Shown: positions 1 to 16,840, counted from the first letter of the whole stretch. The stretch is 63,116 bases of DNA, filler included, from Collodictyon triciliatum (GCA_043381765.1; 5 parts of 5 records of this genome joined end to end with filler, not necessarily neighbours in it); one strand, 5' to 3'. Notes: generated from the letters alone by a model not told the origin. Program-made: numbers and translations.

Positions 1-65
1 GTTTTTTTTTTTTTTTTTTTTTTAATTTTTTATATTTTTTTTATTTTTTTTTTTTTTTTTTTTCC

Positions 66-113
<48 letters not shown>

Positions 114-301
114 TTTTGTATTCAAATATTTTGACATGTTTCACATGTTTTTTCGTGCTGTTTCCCCCTTATGCCTTTTATTTACATGTCTTTTTCCATT
201 CATTAATGTGTATGTGATTGGATACAATAATTGCTGATGAAAAAACAATCACAATATTTCCATTAATTGTTATTGTACTCGCTATTTTATTTTGAAACCA
301 G

Positions 302-742
302 GCTTCTATATGGGTTCAGAGAGAGTATTCCCCATACCAATGCAGCTTTGAGAACAAAATGGAGCTGTCTAGCCTGTACACCATCTTTCTTTCGTTTTTT
401 CTTGCACTCCTATCCAGTTTTCTGGGTATCCAGACATGGATTACAGCAGTTTTGATAGTTCTGAATCTGACGTGGTTGGTATATGTTTATTGGGTTGGAT
501 TTGCAATTCCGTTCTACAGAAATGCAATTGCAGCCCACCTTGCCAACGTTGTTCAGAAAATCCCGCACGATAGCAGCAGTGGGGAGGAGGTTGACTACTC
601 GGAAGGAGGTGAATACCGTGAGAATTGTGGTAGTGAGATCGAGTCTGTTGGTGAAATGAAGGGTCATCCAACAAGTGCAGAAAGTAATTCCGCACAAGAC
701 GATGAGGTAGACATAGGACTTGGTCGTGTGAAGTGTGATTAG
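302..742 (+). CDS. Last exon of a multi-pass membrane protein (5' part lies outside the contig)
   Basis: Acceptor ccag at 298-301, then ASIWVQREYSPYQCSFENKMELSSLYTIFLSFFLALL..., two hydrophobic helices, an acidic tail and TAG. The PY..(E)N.(L/M)E..SL pattern resembles the C-terminal TM region of large protist membrane proteins (recognised by eye). Confidence 0.6.
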   Translation, partial: ASIWVQREYSPYQCSFENKMELSSLYTIFLSFFLALLSSFLGIQTWITAVLIVLNLTWLVYVYWVGFAIPFYRNAIAAHLANVVQKIPHDSSSGEEVDYSEGGEYRENCGSEIESVGEMKGHPTSAESNSAQDDEVDIGLGRVKCD

Positions 743-1394
743 CAAGGAACAGGCGAAAAAAATATTTGGTCTGAAAAAAACTTGCAAGAAATGCTTCTAA
801 CTAGATATAAATAATTTTTCTACATATAATTCCTTGAGAGTAGGCAATTAGACGACCTTTTGAGATAAAACGAAGATTACTTTTCTAGTGGAACTTTTTT
901 TTCCTTTGTTTAACAGCTACACATCACCCCAATAAAATAACACATAGGATGGAAACTATAGATTGTCGACAAATATGCCCGAACTCATTAATTAGAATGC
1001 ATATTAACTAGTGATAAAACAGTAAATACATATTGAGCCACCACCATGACAAGCAAGACAAAAGCAAACCACACCCAATACATTTGCAACCTAGTTTGCG
1101 GTAAAATCCCTAATTGGGTGACAAACCTATCTAATGCTCATGTAATACAAAAGTAAGCCATTATAGTGCATTTCATATATGTTTTCAACCGCCACGAATA
1201 TAGTTGGGTTATTCATCCAAAACGTGCGCAACCAAAATTGCCACATAAACAGAAATGAATGTACTAGCAAGTCGTACTTGAGATTGATGTGTTTTTCTCA
1301 TCAATGCCTTCATTCTCTTAAAAAAAAAATACATTTTTCGAACCCTCTATTCATGAAGCACAACATGGAAAATAATTGTATACGTTATGAGTTT

Positions 1395-1453
1395 ATGTTA
1401 GAGGCGCGATTCTTTGAATCGAATAAAGGGGAAAAAATGTTAGAGGCGCGATT
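1395..1453 (+). mobile_element. Tiny poly(A)-tailed retroposed insert with 17-bp target-site duplication
   Basis: ATGTTAGAGGCGCGATT (1395-1411) + CTTTGAATCGAATAAAGGGGAAAAA + ATGTTAGAGGCGCGATT (1437-1453); perfect direct repeat. Confidence 0.75.
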
Positions 1454-1706
1454 ACTCAAAGAGCCATATATTTTGTTACTCCCGAAGGTTTCAAATACTT
1501 CCTCTCGGTTTGTATGTGCCCTCCTACTTACATATAATTTTATTAAGGGCAAATATATATAATAAAATCTGGATTGGTCACTCGTGAAGTGAAAAGAAAG
1601 TAATTAAGGATATATGAATAGTTGCAGTATTCATGAGATATATACCTAGGTATCCCCTTGTATTCAATGTATCTGACTCACAGTGGCAAATATATTTACT
1701 TATAAC

Positions 1707-4493
1707 CTAGCTGTTCCTATTTTCAAGAAGATCACTTGTTGGTGGTGAAGTCATAGCGTCATCGAGAGACTTCACAGGTTGGACCGTGTTATGAGATGAT
1801 AATACTTGGGACAAAGCAACAAACTGGGATAAATGGGCCTACATATTTATTTATTTTTTATAAAAATAAAAGTAACTCCAAAATTGAATCAATATATTTC
1901 ACGACTGATTAGAAAAGGCAAGAAAAAAATTGAAAGTATCAATTCAGAGAGCGGCCTTCAAAAGAAGTGGGACATAATCAAACAATAAAAGTGTACATTT
2001 GCCCCTTGAGCCAGCAAATTGACCTTTGATGATTCTGCCGATGGTGTTGGAATGTATGTTTTGGTACTCACTGAATGAAGGCTTTCTGATGAACGTGCTA
2101 TTTTATCAAATTTTTGCGTTATTAAAATGAAGTATTCTCAAATATTTGATGGATTGGATATTATAAGTATGGAAATAGATGGGATATGTCATTATGTACG
2201 ATAAGAATGACATACCAATACTATTTGCACTTCCTTGCTCGTAATAGTCTTTCGGCCCAAGAGTTAGATATCCTTGATTTCCGGAGCCTTGTAAAGGAGC
2301 GAACATTTGCTGCAGAATAGATATCATATAGTTTTGAGTCTCTTGATTTTGATCCCTAATTTTCTTTACTTCTGTATGAATTACACCGACGTTATTTTTC
2401 AGCTCCTGAACCTAGTTACATCAGTATTGAATATGTTAGAAATAAGTGAGGAGATTAGGGTACGCTGCATTTCTTTCCTTCTCTGCGTAGTTTATTTTGG
2501 TACTTTATAGGTAATAATTATTAAATAAATCAACGTCGCATACAAAGAAGACGTATTAAACAAAGGTCTATGTGGACTCTTAAGTTACCTCGAGTAAGAT
2601 GGCATTCAGTAGCTGAGTTTGCATTAATTCGCTACAGGTTGTTTGAGGATTATTATGGTCCACGGGTATATGATATTCAGATGATCGATTTGCAAAAGAG
2701 GGAAATCCTTGTTTTATGGCTTGGGTGTCAACCGGAGAGGATGCAATAGACATAGACATTTGGACAAAGTGCATCTTTTGGTGATTTGTTGGAGGGGATA
2801 CAGTCTCGTCCAGATAAGATGATTGATTAAATTCTCGGTAAGGATGGTCGTATGCTTGCAATGAGGAAGTCGGTATAGTATACTGATAAGTATCTCCGTT
2901 CTCCAACGGAGTCTAAATGTCGCCATGAAAAGATAATATATATACACTTGAGTAATAAAGCAATACATGCCCGATTAATAATAAAAAAAATTTTCCCTTA
3001 AAAAGTATTGTGATAGAGCAGACTTTTCGCCAGCCTTCTGTAATTTATTCAGAATATTCCTTCGCTTGGTAGCTTTTACTTTTTTTTTTTTTTTTTAAGG
3101 ATACGGTGGAATGAGTAATTAAGCTCACAACATATCCAGATTCATCAGGTTCATTCGGCGTTGTATCAGTGCCCTTGCTTTTGCGGCGGTCCGACTTCTT
3201 TCGTTGGATTTTCTAAGGGGATGTGTTATAGTAGATAAGCAAAAAGAAATGTAAGTTCTCTTAAAAAGAAGATGATTTTATTAATTGTTTGCTTATAAAC
3301 ATATTCAAAAGCATATAATCAGTTAAGTGGTATACGCGAATATTGTCGTGTCCATCCTTTCGAAATATTGGATGAAAAAATTCCGACCCTTCCGTAGAGT
3401 CGGTTACCTTTACATTTTATTGAAATAAGCGATCTCAAAAAGACACAAAGACACGTTATTTATTTATGCCGAAGTTGAGAAATCACCTTGTGAAATCCAT
3501 ACGCGTTCAATTGTCGAACGAATGAGATCATTTTATTATGCTGAAAATATGTCGATAAGACGGTAGATTCGAATTTCTTAACATCATGTATGACCAAAGA
3601 CGTCCCGCTTTTGCTCCATCTAACTATATCCTGTTACAAAAACAAACAAACGACAAAAAAAAAAATACAAAATATCAAAGGAGAAGTAAGGATTTTTCAT
3701 TTATGTTTATTAAAAATAATTAAATACTATGTGATTAATATAATTTATAAATGATTGACTAAGCGACTATTATGAATATAAGCATGTGAATAGAAATGAG
3801 ACAAGAACTACAATAAAATAGAAAAGAAAAGAAAAGAAAAGAAAAGAAAAGAAAAGAAAAGAAAAGAAAAGAAAAGAAAAGAAGAGAGAAGAGAAGAGAA
3901 GAGAAGAGAAGAGAAGAGAAGAGAAGAGAAGAGAAGAGAGGAGAAGAGAAGAGAAGAGAAGAGAAAAGAGAAGAAAAGAGAAGAGAAGAGAAGAGAAGAG
4001 AAGAGAAGAGAAGAGAAGAGAAGAGAAGAGAAGAGAAGAGAAGAAAAGAGAAGAAAAGAGAAGAAAAGAGAAGAAAAGAGAAGAAAAGAGAAGAAAAGAG
4101 AAGAAAAGAGAAGAAAAGAGAAGAGAAGAGAAGAGAAGAGAAGAGAAGAGAAGAGAAGAGAAGAGAAGAAAAGAGAAAAGAAGAAAAAAGAAGAAAAAAG
4201 AAGAAAAAAAGAAGAAAAAAAGAAGAAAAAAAGAAGAAAAAAAGAAGAAAAAAAAGAAGAAAAAAAGAAGAAAAAAAGAAGAAAAAAAGAAGAAAAAAAA
4301 GAAGAAGAAAAAAGAAGAAAAAGAAACGAAATGGCACATTGTTCAAATTAAATACCGAATTGCGGGGCTCGTTGACAATGTCCCACAGCTTCGTGATGAA
4401 GGCAGTTGGGTAAAGCACTTGGGGGGTAGGCAAAATGGCGTTTGCACCCTGACTCGACGCATGATCGTTGTTGGCACTCTGCTTTTCAGCCAT
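1707..4493 (-). CDS. Heat-shock-factor (HSF) family transcription factor, about 8 exons
   Basis: Spliced GT-AG exons give PTAFITKLWDIVNEPRNS|DIVRWSKSGTSLVIHDVKKFESTVLSTYFQHNKMISFVRQLNAYGFHK|VTDSTEGSEFFHPIFRKDG, the HSF DNA-binding domain with the SFVRQLN.YGF.K signature. A later heptad segment reads VQELKNNVGVIHTEVKKIRDQN. Stop TAG at 1707-1709. Confidence 0.9.
3817..4326. repeat. About 510-bp compound polypurine microsatellite (GAAAA/GAGAA/GAAGAAAAA)n in HSF intron 1
   Basis: Directly visible A/G-rich tract; it produces the spurious F/S/L-rich ORFs in the track. Confidence 0.95.
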
Positions 4494-5080
4494 GTATTGT
4501 CTGTCGAGTAAACTGTGGCGCCCTTCTGGTTTGTTAAACTTATATTCTTTGATTAGTCCTAGACAATTCGATCTTCAACTTTTTTTTTTTTTTTTACCTT
4601 TGTCCCATCAGTTCCGCCAGGCATGTTTTATTTCAATTTTATTCGGTTTCACTTTTGACTTTTGTGTTATAGATTTGCTTTATTGTTGATGTGTTTACGT
4701 CATGTCATGTGTGCTCAACTAACTTTCTTCGCTATCTCTTACGCGTGACAGGTTTTAAATGTCGCTATGACATGCCCCTTTTTTTTCTTCTTCACCGACA
4801 TAGTGGCAGCCATTTAAAAAGACTGCTTCTAATACATGGCTTTCTATTCTTTTCGTTAATAGCAAATACATTATCCCCACGCTCACGACATCAACCCAAT
4901 CTTGCAGGAAAAGGTAAATATTCACCGACAGCCTTCATAAAATATTTGAGATGGCCCAGCCTTGAGTTCTCTAGGTCTAATCAGAGGCCTGTAGCCCAGT
5001 TGTTATGACTCTGACCACTGCACAAAGGCTAAAAGACGCGCCAGAATGAGAGGGGATATGAATACAATAGCCAGTAGGTG

Positions 5081-5082
5081 AA

Positions 5083-5141
<59 letters not shown>

Positions 5142-5142
5142 A
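5081..5142. repeat. (AAAT)n microsatellite
   Basis: Directly visible. Confidence 0.95.
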
Positions 5143-5509
5143 CTCTAAAGTTCTCTCTTCCATCCTTTCTCAGGCGTCATATTGCCCCAGAATATAAGTT
5201 TTAACTTTATAACAAAGTCACTATGTAACGGTGGGTGGTATGCACTAAATCCATGGTTAGAGAAATTTGGTTTAGAGGTGAAAACAAGGGGAAGACGAGG
5301 AAGCATCAAACAAACCATACGGAAAAAAGAAAGAAAAAAGAGGTGTTAAAGCAACGTGTAATTTTGAGATCAAGAGTGCTTCGGTTTTTCTTATGAGTAA
5401 ACTAGCTATGATGCGATTTTCCCCTCCTCGTGACATCATAAGCTTAAAGTTTTGATCAAAGAAAGAAGACTATAACGTCCCGAGACAGCCAGGATTAGGA
5501 ATATTCTTA

Positions 5510-10161
<4,652 letters not shown>

Positions 10162-10817
10162 GAAGCTAAGACAAGTTTAACGTGCCTCTGAGTTTAATAA
10201 TCCCTTTCTTTTTTTTCTTTTTAGTTTGTCTTTTTTTTTCTTCCAACAGCTCTATTTACTCTTTCTCAACCAGGCAGTCACAGGGAGCTGGCAAACTGTC
10301 TGATTAAACTCACAAAGACACGAAGCAGGGACTCCAACCTGACCGCCTTTTGGTTGGTCAGCGATAAACCGATTCACGCTTTGACTTTTTCTTCCTCTCT
10401 CCGCTCCTTCTCACTCACTCACTCATTCACTCATTCACTCATTCGTTCACTCACTTCTCGATTGTTTTTCAGTCATTTTCAATGGTGTGGCATTGGCACA
10501 TATTCAAACACGTCGACGCCATGATGCTTCAAAATGGAAGAAGTCATGACGTGATTGGACTGTGCACGGCGGACGTTTCTTGATAAATGGTACTTCTTTG
10601 GTGGCTTTTTTTGGTTTTGGCTTGCAGCGATAAAAATGGTATGTTTACGATGACTAGAAGTCAACTAACCTCGCAGTTTATATCTTAAGTTTATGACATA
10701 TTATTGTGGGTATATTTCCATAGAATTAATCCATAAAACGAACAAAATGTTGAAACAATGGAAAGTTCGCAATTACAGTTCTTTATGTATAATATAATTT
10801 TCTGGGGAGGAACATAA

Positions 10818-10890
10818 GCTTCCTCGGAACAGTTGGCAAGGCGCTCCCCCAGTCAGCGAGAGATCAGCAGTTCGACTCCGCTAGGAGGTA
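10818..10890 (+). pseudogene. Degenerate tRNA-Thr(AGT), probable pseudogene
   Basis: Parses as GCTTCCT CG GAA CAGTTGGCAA GGC G CTCCC CCAGTCA GCGAG AGATC AGCAG TTCGACT CCGCT AGGAGGT A (73 nt), with an intact B-box followed by TTTTT. Defects: C at 8, C at 33, C at 37, broken D-stem, mismatches in anticodon and T stems. Confidence 0.75.
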
Positions 10891-11221
10891 ACTTTTTACA
10901 GTTTGTTGGGAAAACTTGCCCATGTCAACGCGCCCTTTCCACAGCAGTGGGGGAATGTTTTTTTATTCTAAAAATCTCAGCTGTTGAGCCTGCCTCAACA
11001 ATCAACGCAAAGAAATGTTGATTAAACAAAAGAAGGTTCTTGTTTGGATGAGACATGAACCACTGCAAAGAAAGACACTTCTTAACGCCACCACTTTTAT
11101 TTGTTGCACGACATTCTCTATTCCTTTATATGTATTGAATCCGGGGTTGTTGGAATAGGTAAGCAATCCGTTAAAGTCAAAAAGATTCGAAGTTGAAGGG
11201 CGACAGAAGGAGCGCTCTATG

Positions 11222-13932
11222 TTAGCTGTTCTGGTTTCCAGAGGGCTTCGGGACTCGGTTGGGGCGCGGGTCCTCTCTTTTTCCTCTGGCCTGTCGATTA
11301 TCCTCTCCAGTTGCGTGCTGGTTTCGAGGGCGATTTCCATCGTACCTATTCATCAGGATGAAAGATTATCGCGATGGCTCGATTGCAATTTTCTGAATGG
11401 TATCCTGAGGTACGTAGTATGCTCCCAGTCAAAATTAGTCTTTCTTCTTTTTCTTAAAAAGAAAAAAAACAATAACAGAAAAAAAGAAAAGAGAGAAACA
11501 GTAGTAATGAAGTATCGCTCATAAGACACCAAACACTTACGTATTTCCATGGCGTGCTCTGGAAGACGTTTCGTAGAAAGGTGACCGCGGCTTCTGGTAG
11601 TTAGAAGGGTGTTTCGGAACCGCGATATTAAATGTTACCACTTCCGAGTTTCCAGACGCGTTGGGTCTCCTTTGTTGTGTCGGAAGCACTGGCTCGACCT
11701 TTCCAGCATCAGGCACAATAGGAGCACTTAAAAAGTCTTCATTCGGGACTTCTGCCTCAATAAGCAGCTTGGTGAGAGTGTCCACTGGCTTGTTTGAAAT
11801 TGGTTCAGGGGTTTCATCCTTTGGCTCGGATTTCTTCTCTCGATTATCAGTTGGAACCCTTGTAGGGGATATCGGCTTGGTCTTGACTAATTCTTGAGTT
11901 GTTTCTCCCTCCGATGGTTCTGTAAGAAATCATGTGTTATGATGATTTTTTTCTTTTATTCGATTCAAGGGAAGGAAGGGGTTCTTGATTGTTTGATATC
12001 TATTTTGATTCAAATTTTCTCAGTATTTTATCTGCTTCTTTGAAAAATACAATACTCTGCTCTGGAACTGGGGCGGAAATCGGCTCATCGGTGGATGGTT
12101 CTTCTATTGGCACTTCTGTGAACGATATCCATCAAATTCGAATTATGTTTATGATCCGAGAACAACGCCGTAGCATTTGACTAGCAGTCGAGACAAATAT
12201 AGTAAAATATTCAAAATTTACCTTCCTTGATTCTGCCTACCTATTCCGTCGAAAGTGAAATAATAACGTTAGGTTCGTAATGATGCGGTGAGGAAAAAAA
12301 CATATAAGTATGCACAGAAAAATATTCAAAAATATTATTATACTCCATACACATTCAGTCGTCGAAGTGATATTCAGTGGGCTGGATAGAACAGGTAAGA
12401 CATCATTAACAGTGAAGGAGTGCGATTCTCTTCGCACGTACTCGAAAATTTCAAACAGTTGCTCCAATAAATCAGGGATGGATGAATCTAGTTTATACAA
12501 AAGTATATTAAACGAATCATTTGGCGAAATATATCACACATGGTGTATTAATAGTATTTTTTTTTCCTTTATTCGATGCAAAGTGCAGCGAGTGTGTATT
12601 AATGGAATAAAATGGGGATGTTTTGGATGTATTGTGGCAAAAGAAATATTACAATTAACTCCGTTGGTTAGAGCTTCATTCGAATTTGTCAGAAACTTGT
12701 GGATTTTATCTGTCCTATAGACCATAGGATTAAGTTCATTTTGCTTCTTTTCTTTCTAGATTTTGAGCTTGGTTGTAACTCTTCATATAGGATCGAAATG
12801 ACTAATATAGTAGGTTTTTAATATATATAAAAAGGGGGAAACGTAATATTACTCGTTGTCAGAAAAAGCTGCTCGGACCAGTTTAAAGATGTCAAGAGCT
12901 GATTCAAATTCAGCTATTGTTGCAAACTAAACGCAAATTAATCATCAGGGAACAAGTATTATCAAATGCATATAAATGCGAACTGAATATAAAGCGTAAA
13001 ATTGAGCTTTCTTGTACTGTCCACATTGAAATCTTTCATTTTCTTTTTTTAAAAAAAGATATAACAAGCCTTTGATGATTCTGCCTTAACGATTGCGTCT
13101 TGCAAGACTCTTGGGTCACAAGCACTTCTAGAGTTGAGAATCTCAGATAGACGAAAAACTTTAGAAATCAGAGATAGTTCTACCAGGCGGGCAGCCTAAT
13201 GAGCATGATCAGTTCCCGTTCAAATAACCATTTTGTCAGAGAAATTGGAATGACCCAGATAAAATGGAGGTGAACAAAAGAAAAGGCAATTGGGTACTCA
13301 AATCGGGCATGTCATATATCCTTTGCAATATTATCAAAATTGTGGCGTACTTCAAATCGGCTAGCGATGTCAATCTCCAGCTGGGCTCTCTCGTCCTGGG
13401 TCTTTTCCGCGCTTTCGATCCGTTTCTCTTTGAAGTGAATCTATTCCATTAGTTGACTCCATAGTTAATACTTAATTAAAAGGCTGGCTTTGTTTTCCTC
13501 GAAGGAGGCAAACAAGAGAAAAAAATATACATATATTTACACGCGTAAGAGGATACTAAAAAAAAAAAAAAATAATCTGATAATGACTGGAAGTGGAGAC
13601 TGTAATTGTGTCTTGTGATGAGAGGTGAGCGCAGAAACAACTATGGATGTTTTCGTGGCCACCTTTTGGCCGTCTTCCCTGGCCACAGCGCTCATCTGCT
13701 GAAGGGTCTCTTCATAGTCTTCCACGAGATAAAGCAGCCGCTGCTTGTTGCTGATGGCCTCCAATTGTTCAGGTAGCGGCTGGATCTTTTGGCCGGCAAT
13801 TTTTCTTTCAAGCTCTTCGATCTTGGTGAGTTTCTTTCGTGCTGCGCGATTCTTTTTGGCAACAACAACAAAGAAAGGGTGTTGATCGCGAAGCTGCTCA
13901 GGCTTTTGTCCCTTGCAATCTTTGTCAGCCAT
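11222..13932 (-). CDS. Caprin-1-like RNA-granule protein
   Basis: N-terminus VVAKKNRAARKKLTKIEELERKIAGQKIQPLPEQLEAISNK resembles the Caprin HR1 start. Middle KIHKFLTNSNEALTNGVN|YSSIPDLLEQLF resembles the Caprin dimerisation domain. P/E-rich linker and R/G/N-rich tail ending ..KPSGNQNS*. Confidence 0.6.
12543..12608 (-). mobile_element. Tiny poly(A)-tailed insert (same family) with degenerate 15-bp TSD, intronic
   Basis: Minus strand: ATTCCATTAATACAC + ACTCGCTGCACTTTGCATCGAATAAAGG(A)8 + ATACTATTAATACAC (13/15 identical). Confidence 0.6.
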
Positions 13933-14454
13933 ACTTCCTTGGACTATAGATGAGCACAATCATGGCATCGTGAGAAATGGTGCCATTCGAGGTTGGGTAG
14001 TTCATGCTCTACTGCGGATCAGATTGCCGTCGCTTCTTTTCTTTTTTGTTTGTTTTTTGTTTTATTGTTTTATTGTTTTATTGTTTATTGTAGCTCCAAA
14101 AAATCGAACATTCCGGCAATGTTTTCATGCTATATTTGTTTTCTTAATGTGGATAATACATAGTTTCCTGTCAATATACCCATATATTAAAGAAACTTTA
14201 AAATGAGCTTGTAATATTCACTGCATATAATGCTTTAATACAAAATGTGTTGCCTGATTTGTTCATTATTGCAGAACCAATCCATAAGGTTTTTTTAACG
14301 AATCCATAAGGTTGTGAGCAATTGTTGCTGATTAGTTACGTCTCCTTGAAAAAATGTAGGAAGAGGAAGGTTCAGCTTGTGTGGATATAACAACCAAGTT
14401 GTCTGACTTTTTATTCTAAGGGAAAAAAAAAGGACATGTTAATGGAACTATGAT

Positions 14455-16840
14455 TCAAATGAGAGCACAAAGCCGTGATTTGGGGTCTAGGGCATGTTCT
14501 AGGGCGACCATCTCGTTCTCTAGATTCTGTTTTTCAACTTTCATTCGCTCTATATCGTTTTCGCATGCCTTCAGATCATCCTGTAGTTTTTTCATCACGT
14601 GGTCATCGTATTCCGATGGAGTTCTGATACCGCCTGACACAACTCCCGCGCCATCGTCCTCCCCATCATCATCATCTTCATGGGCAACCACAATATACAA
14701 TTGAGATTTTCGTTCCAAACTTCCATTCAAGGATTAATTCTTCTTAAGCATAGAGGAAGTCATATAAATATCTGCATGCCAATAAGAAAAAAAAATCACC
14801 TTGATATAGTACATATGGATCCTCAACTGGGGTGACAGGTCGTTCAGAGCTCAACGACTGCAAAATTCCTTCTTCCAAATCATCTTGAATATCCAAATAA
14901 GATTCAGCTCCAACAGACATTTCGATGAAATCTTCGTGCCATATACTTGAATCCGATGCTCGTGCGATGCGGGTCTGCATATCTCCATATGCAATCAGCC
15001 GCTTACACTTTGAACAAAGGCGAAGTTTCTCCAAAAAAGAATCAATGTGTATTTCTCCACCGTGAAATGTAAATGCTATGACGAATCCACCCGGGGATAT
15101 GCCTTCAAAGCTTTCCACACCAGATGTACAGGAACGAACCCACCCCACTTTTCTCTGAGAGGCGAGCCACGTGTGAATTGCCTTTGCATTTCGACATTGT
15201 CTCTGCAACCTGAGCCCGATTGTTGTGATTCCATGAATCATCATGAATGATCTGAACGAATCCAACTGAAGCCCTGTGTTGTATAATGTTTCTTGGCGGC
15301 ACTGCACAGAGAATGACATGTTTAGACCGCCGTAGTTTCCAAACGATTTTGAGTAGTTTATCTGGATGAGCCCGTTTTGTGAGTTCATTACATCTTCAAA
15401 TTTCGAAGACGACCAATTGAATGACCCTGCGTCCACTATGACCCCAGCATCCACCGAACTATTTCCTGTAATAGAATGCGCATTTGTACATATTACCACA
15501 TCTGCTCCATGCTCAATTGGTCTGTACAAATATCCACATCCTGGTAAAAAAAATACTCTTTTAACATGGAAAATAGGTCATGTTGAAAACATTCGACTTT
15601 GTATAAGATTATGTATAGCATGTAAATAAAAAAGAAAAAAGAAAAGAAAAACGAGAAGTATTGAGTGTTATAGCGTGCATGTATTCATGGGTATCTGAAT
15701 TACTCAAAATTAACGATTTACATCCAGCTGTATTATCTACAATTAATGGGAGTGTATGTTGTTTGCAAAACTCAGAAAGCTTTTCTAAGGTAAAATCCCA
15801 GCTTCGATATCCAAAAGGGGTTTCTACAAATACAGCTCTGGTATCTTGATCGGCTGCACTTGAAAGCTCGGAGAAATCTGCGCTGCGACAGGCAATACCC
15901 TAGCGGCCCAGAGATATGTGGTCAGTGAGTCAAAGTATATGACGTACATAATGAATGTTTTGGCAGAAGTAGATAAACGATTTTTTGCGCCATTGTTGGC
16001 CGGATATTCAAATATGACGGACCCGAGGAATACACAGTTTTGAAAAAAAAAGTAAATGGGTTAATGTGAAGATTACATATCTATGTAATCCATCCATCCA
16101 TTCTTTTGTTTCTTTGCTCACATTTCCGCAGTAAATGATATTTTTCCCTTTTGCAACTATCGACAGGAAAGTCACGGAAAGTGCTGCACGGCCACTTGCA
16201 ACAGCAACAGCTGTGACTCCTTTCATATGGAAACGAACAAGTAATGGTATTGAAGGAAAAAAAATATAACATAACAGTTACAATTCGAATTAATCTTCAT
16301 AATTTTCGATAACGAAGTATAGTCAAACAAAAAAAAAGTCCTCTCTTTGAATCAAAATGACAGCCAATGTCCTGCGTCACTTCACTCTGAAAAATAAACT
16401 GCCATTTGATACATTATGATATGTTGATTGCAGACTCAATTGTAAAGTGTTTTTTTTAAAAAAAATAAAAATAATAGTAATCAAAACCTCCTTCTAGTGC
16501 TGCGTATCTCTCCTCGAGTGCAGCTGTAGTGTATGTTGAGGCTGCATGTGGCGGACATGTTGGGTCGATCAGCTCATACACCTCCTCTGCGTTCTCCCAT
16601 GACCAAAGCATAGGGCTTGCATTCAATACCAGTGGTGTAAACGAAGGGCCTGGAGTGATATATGTGTCGTATATGAGCAGAAATTGCGTTGCGAAGAGAG
16701 CAAATTGCCCTTGAACGCTTGAACCTTTTGCATCATTGACATAGCCCGATACTGAAAATCAAATATAAATCTTTCAATAAAGGTAACTAACCCTCAGACT
16801 CATCGAAGCCTGCATGCAGCGAAAGTGTCTCAAAACGCAT
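14455..16840 (-). CDS. O-acetylhomoserine sulfhydrylase (MET17/MetY)-like Cys/Met PLP-fold protein with acidic/coiled-coil C-terminal extension; probably catalytically dead. 3' end uncertain.
   Basis: MRFETLSLHAG; ALEERYAALEG|GVTAVAVASGRAA; TRAVFVETP; PLIVDNT; RPIEHGADVV; GVIVDAGSFNW; IEMSVGAESYLDIQDDLEEG. All are MET17/MetY landmarks. Confidence 0.8.

Noticed and set aside
3097-3104. Perfect U12-like GTATCCTT (minus strand) in phase within an HSF intron
   Set aside because: A good U2 donor (GTGAGC) lies 24 nt upstream and there is no CCTTRAC branch site near the acceptor; probably chance.
3759-4339. Long F/S/L-rich ORFs, and similar poly-N, poly-I, FCFVL and KKER ORFs elsewhere
   Set aside because: Translations of intronic or flanking microsatellites.
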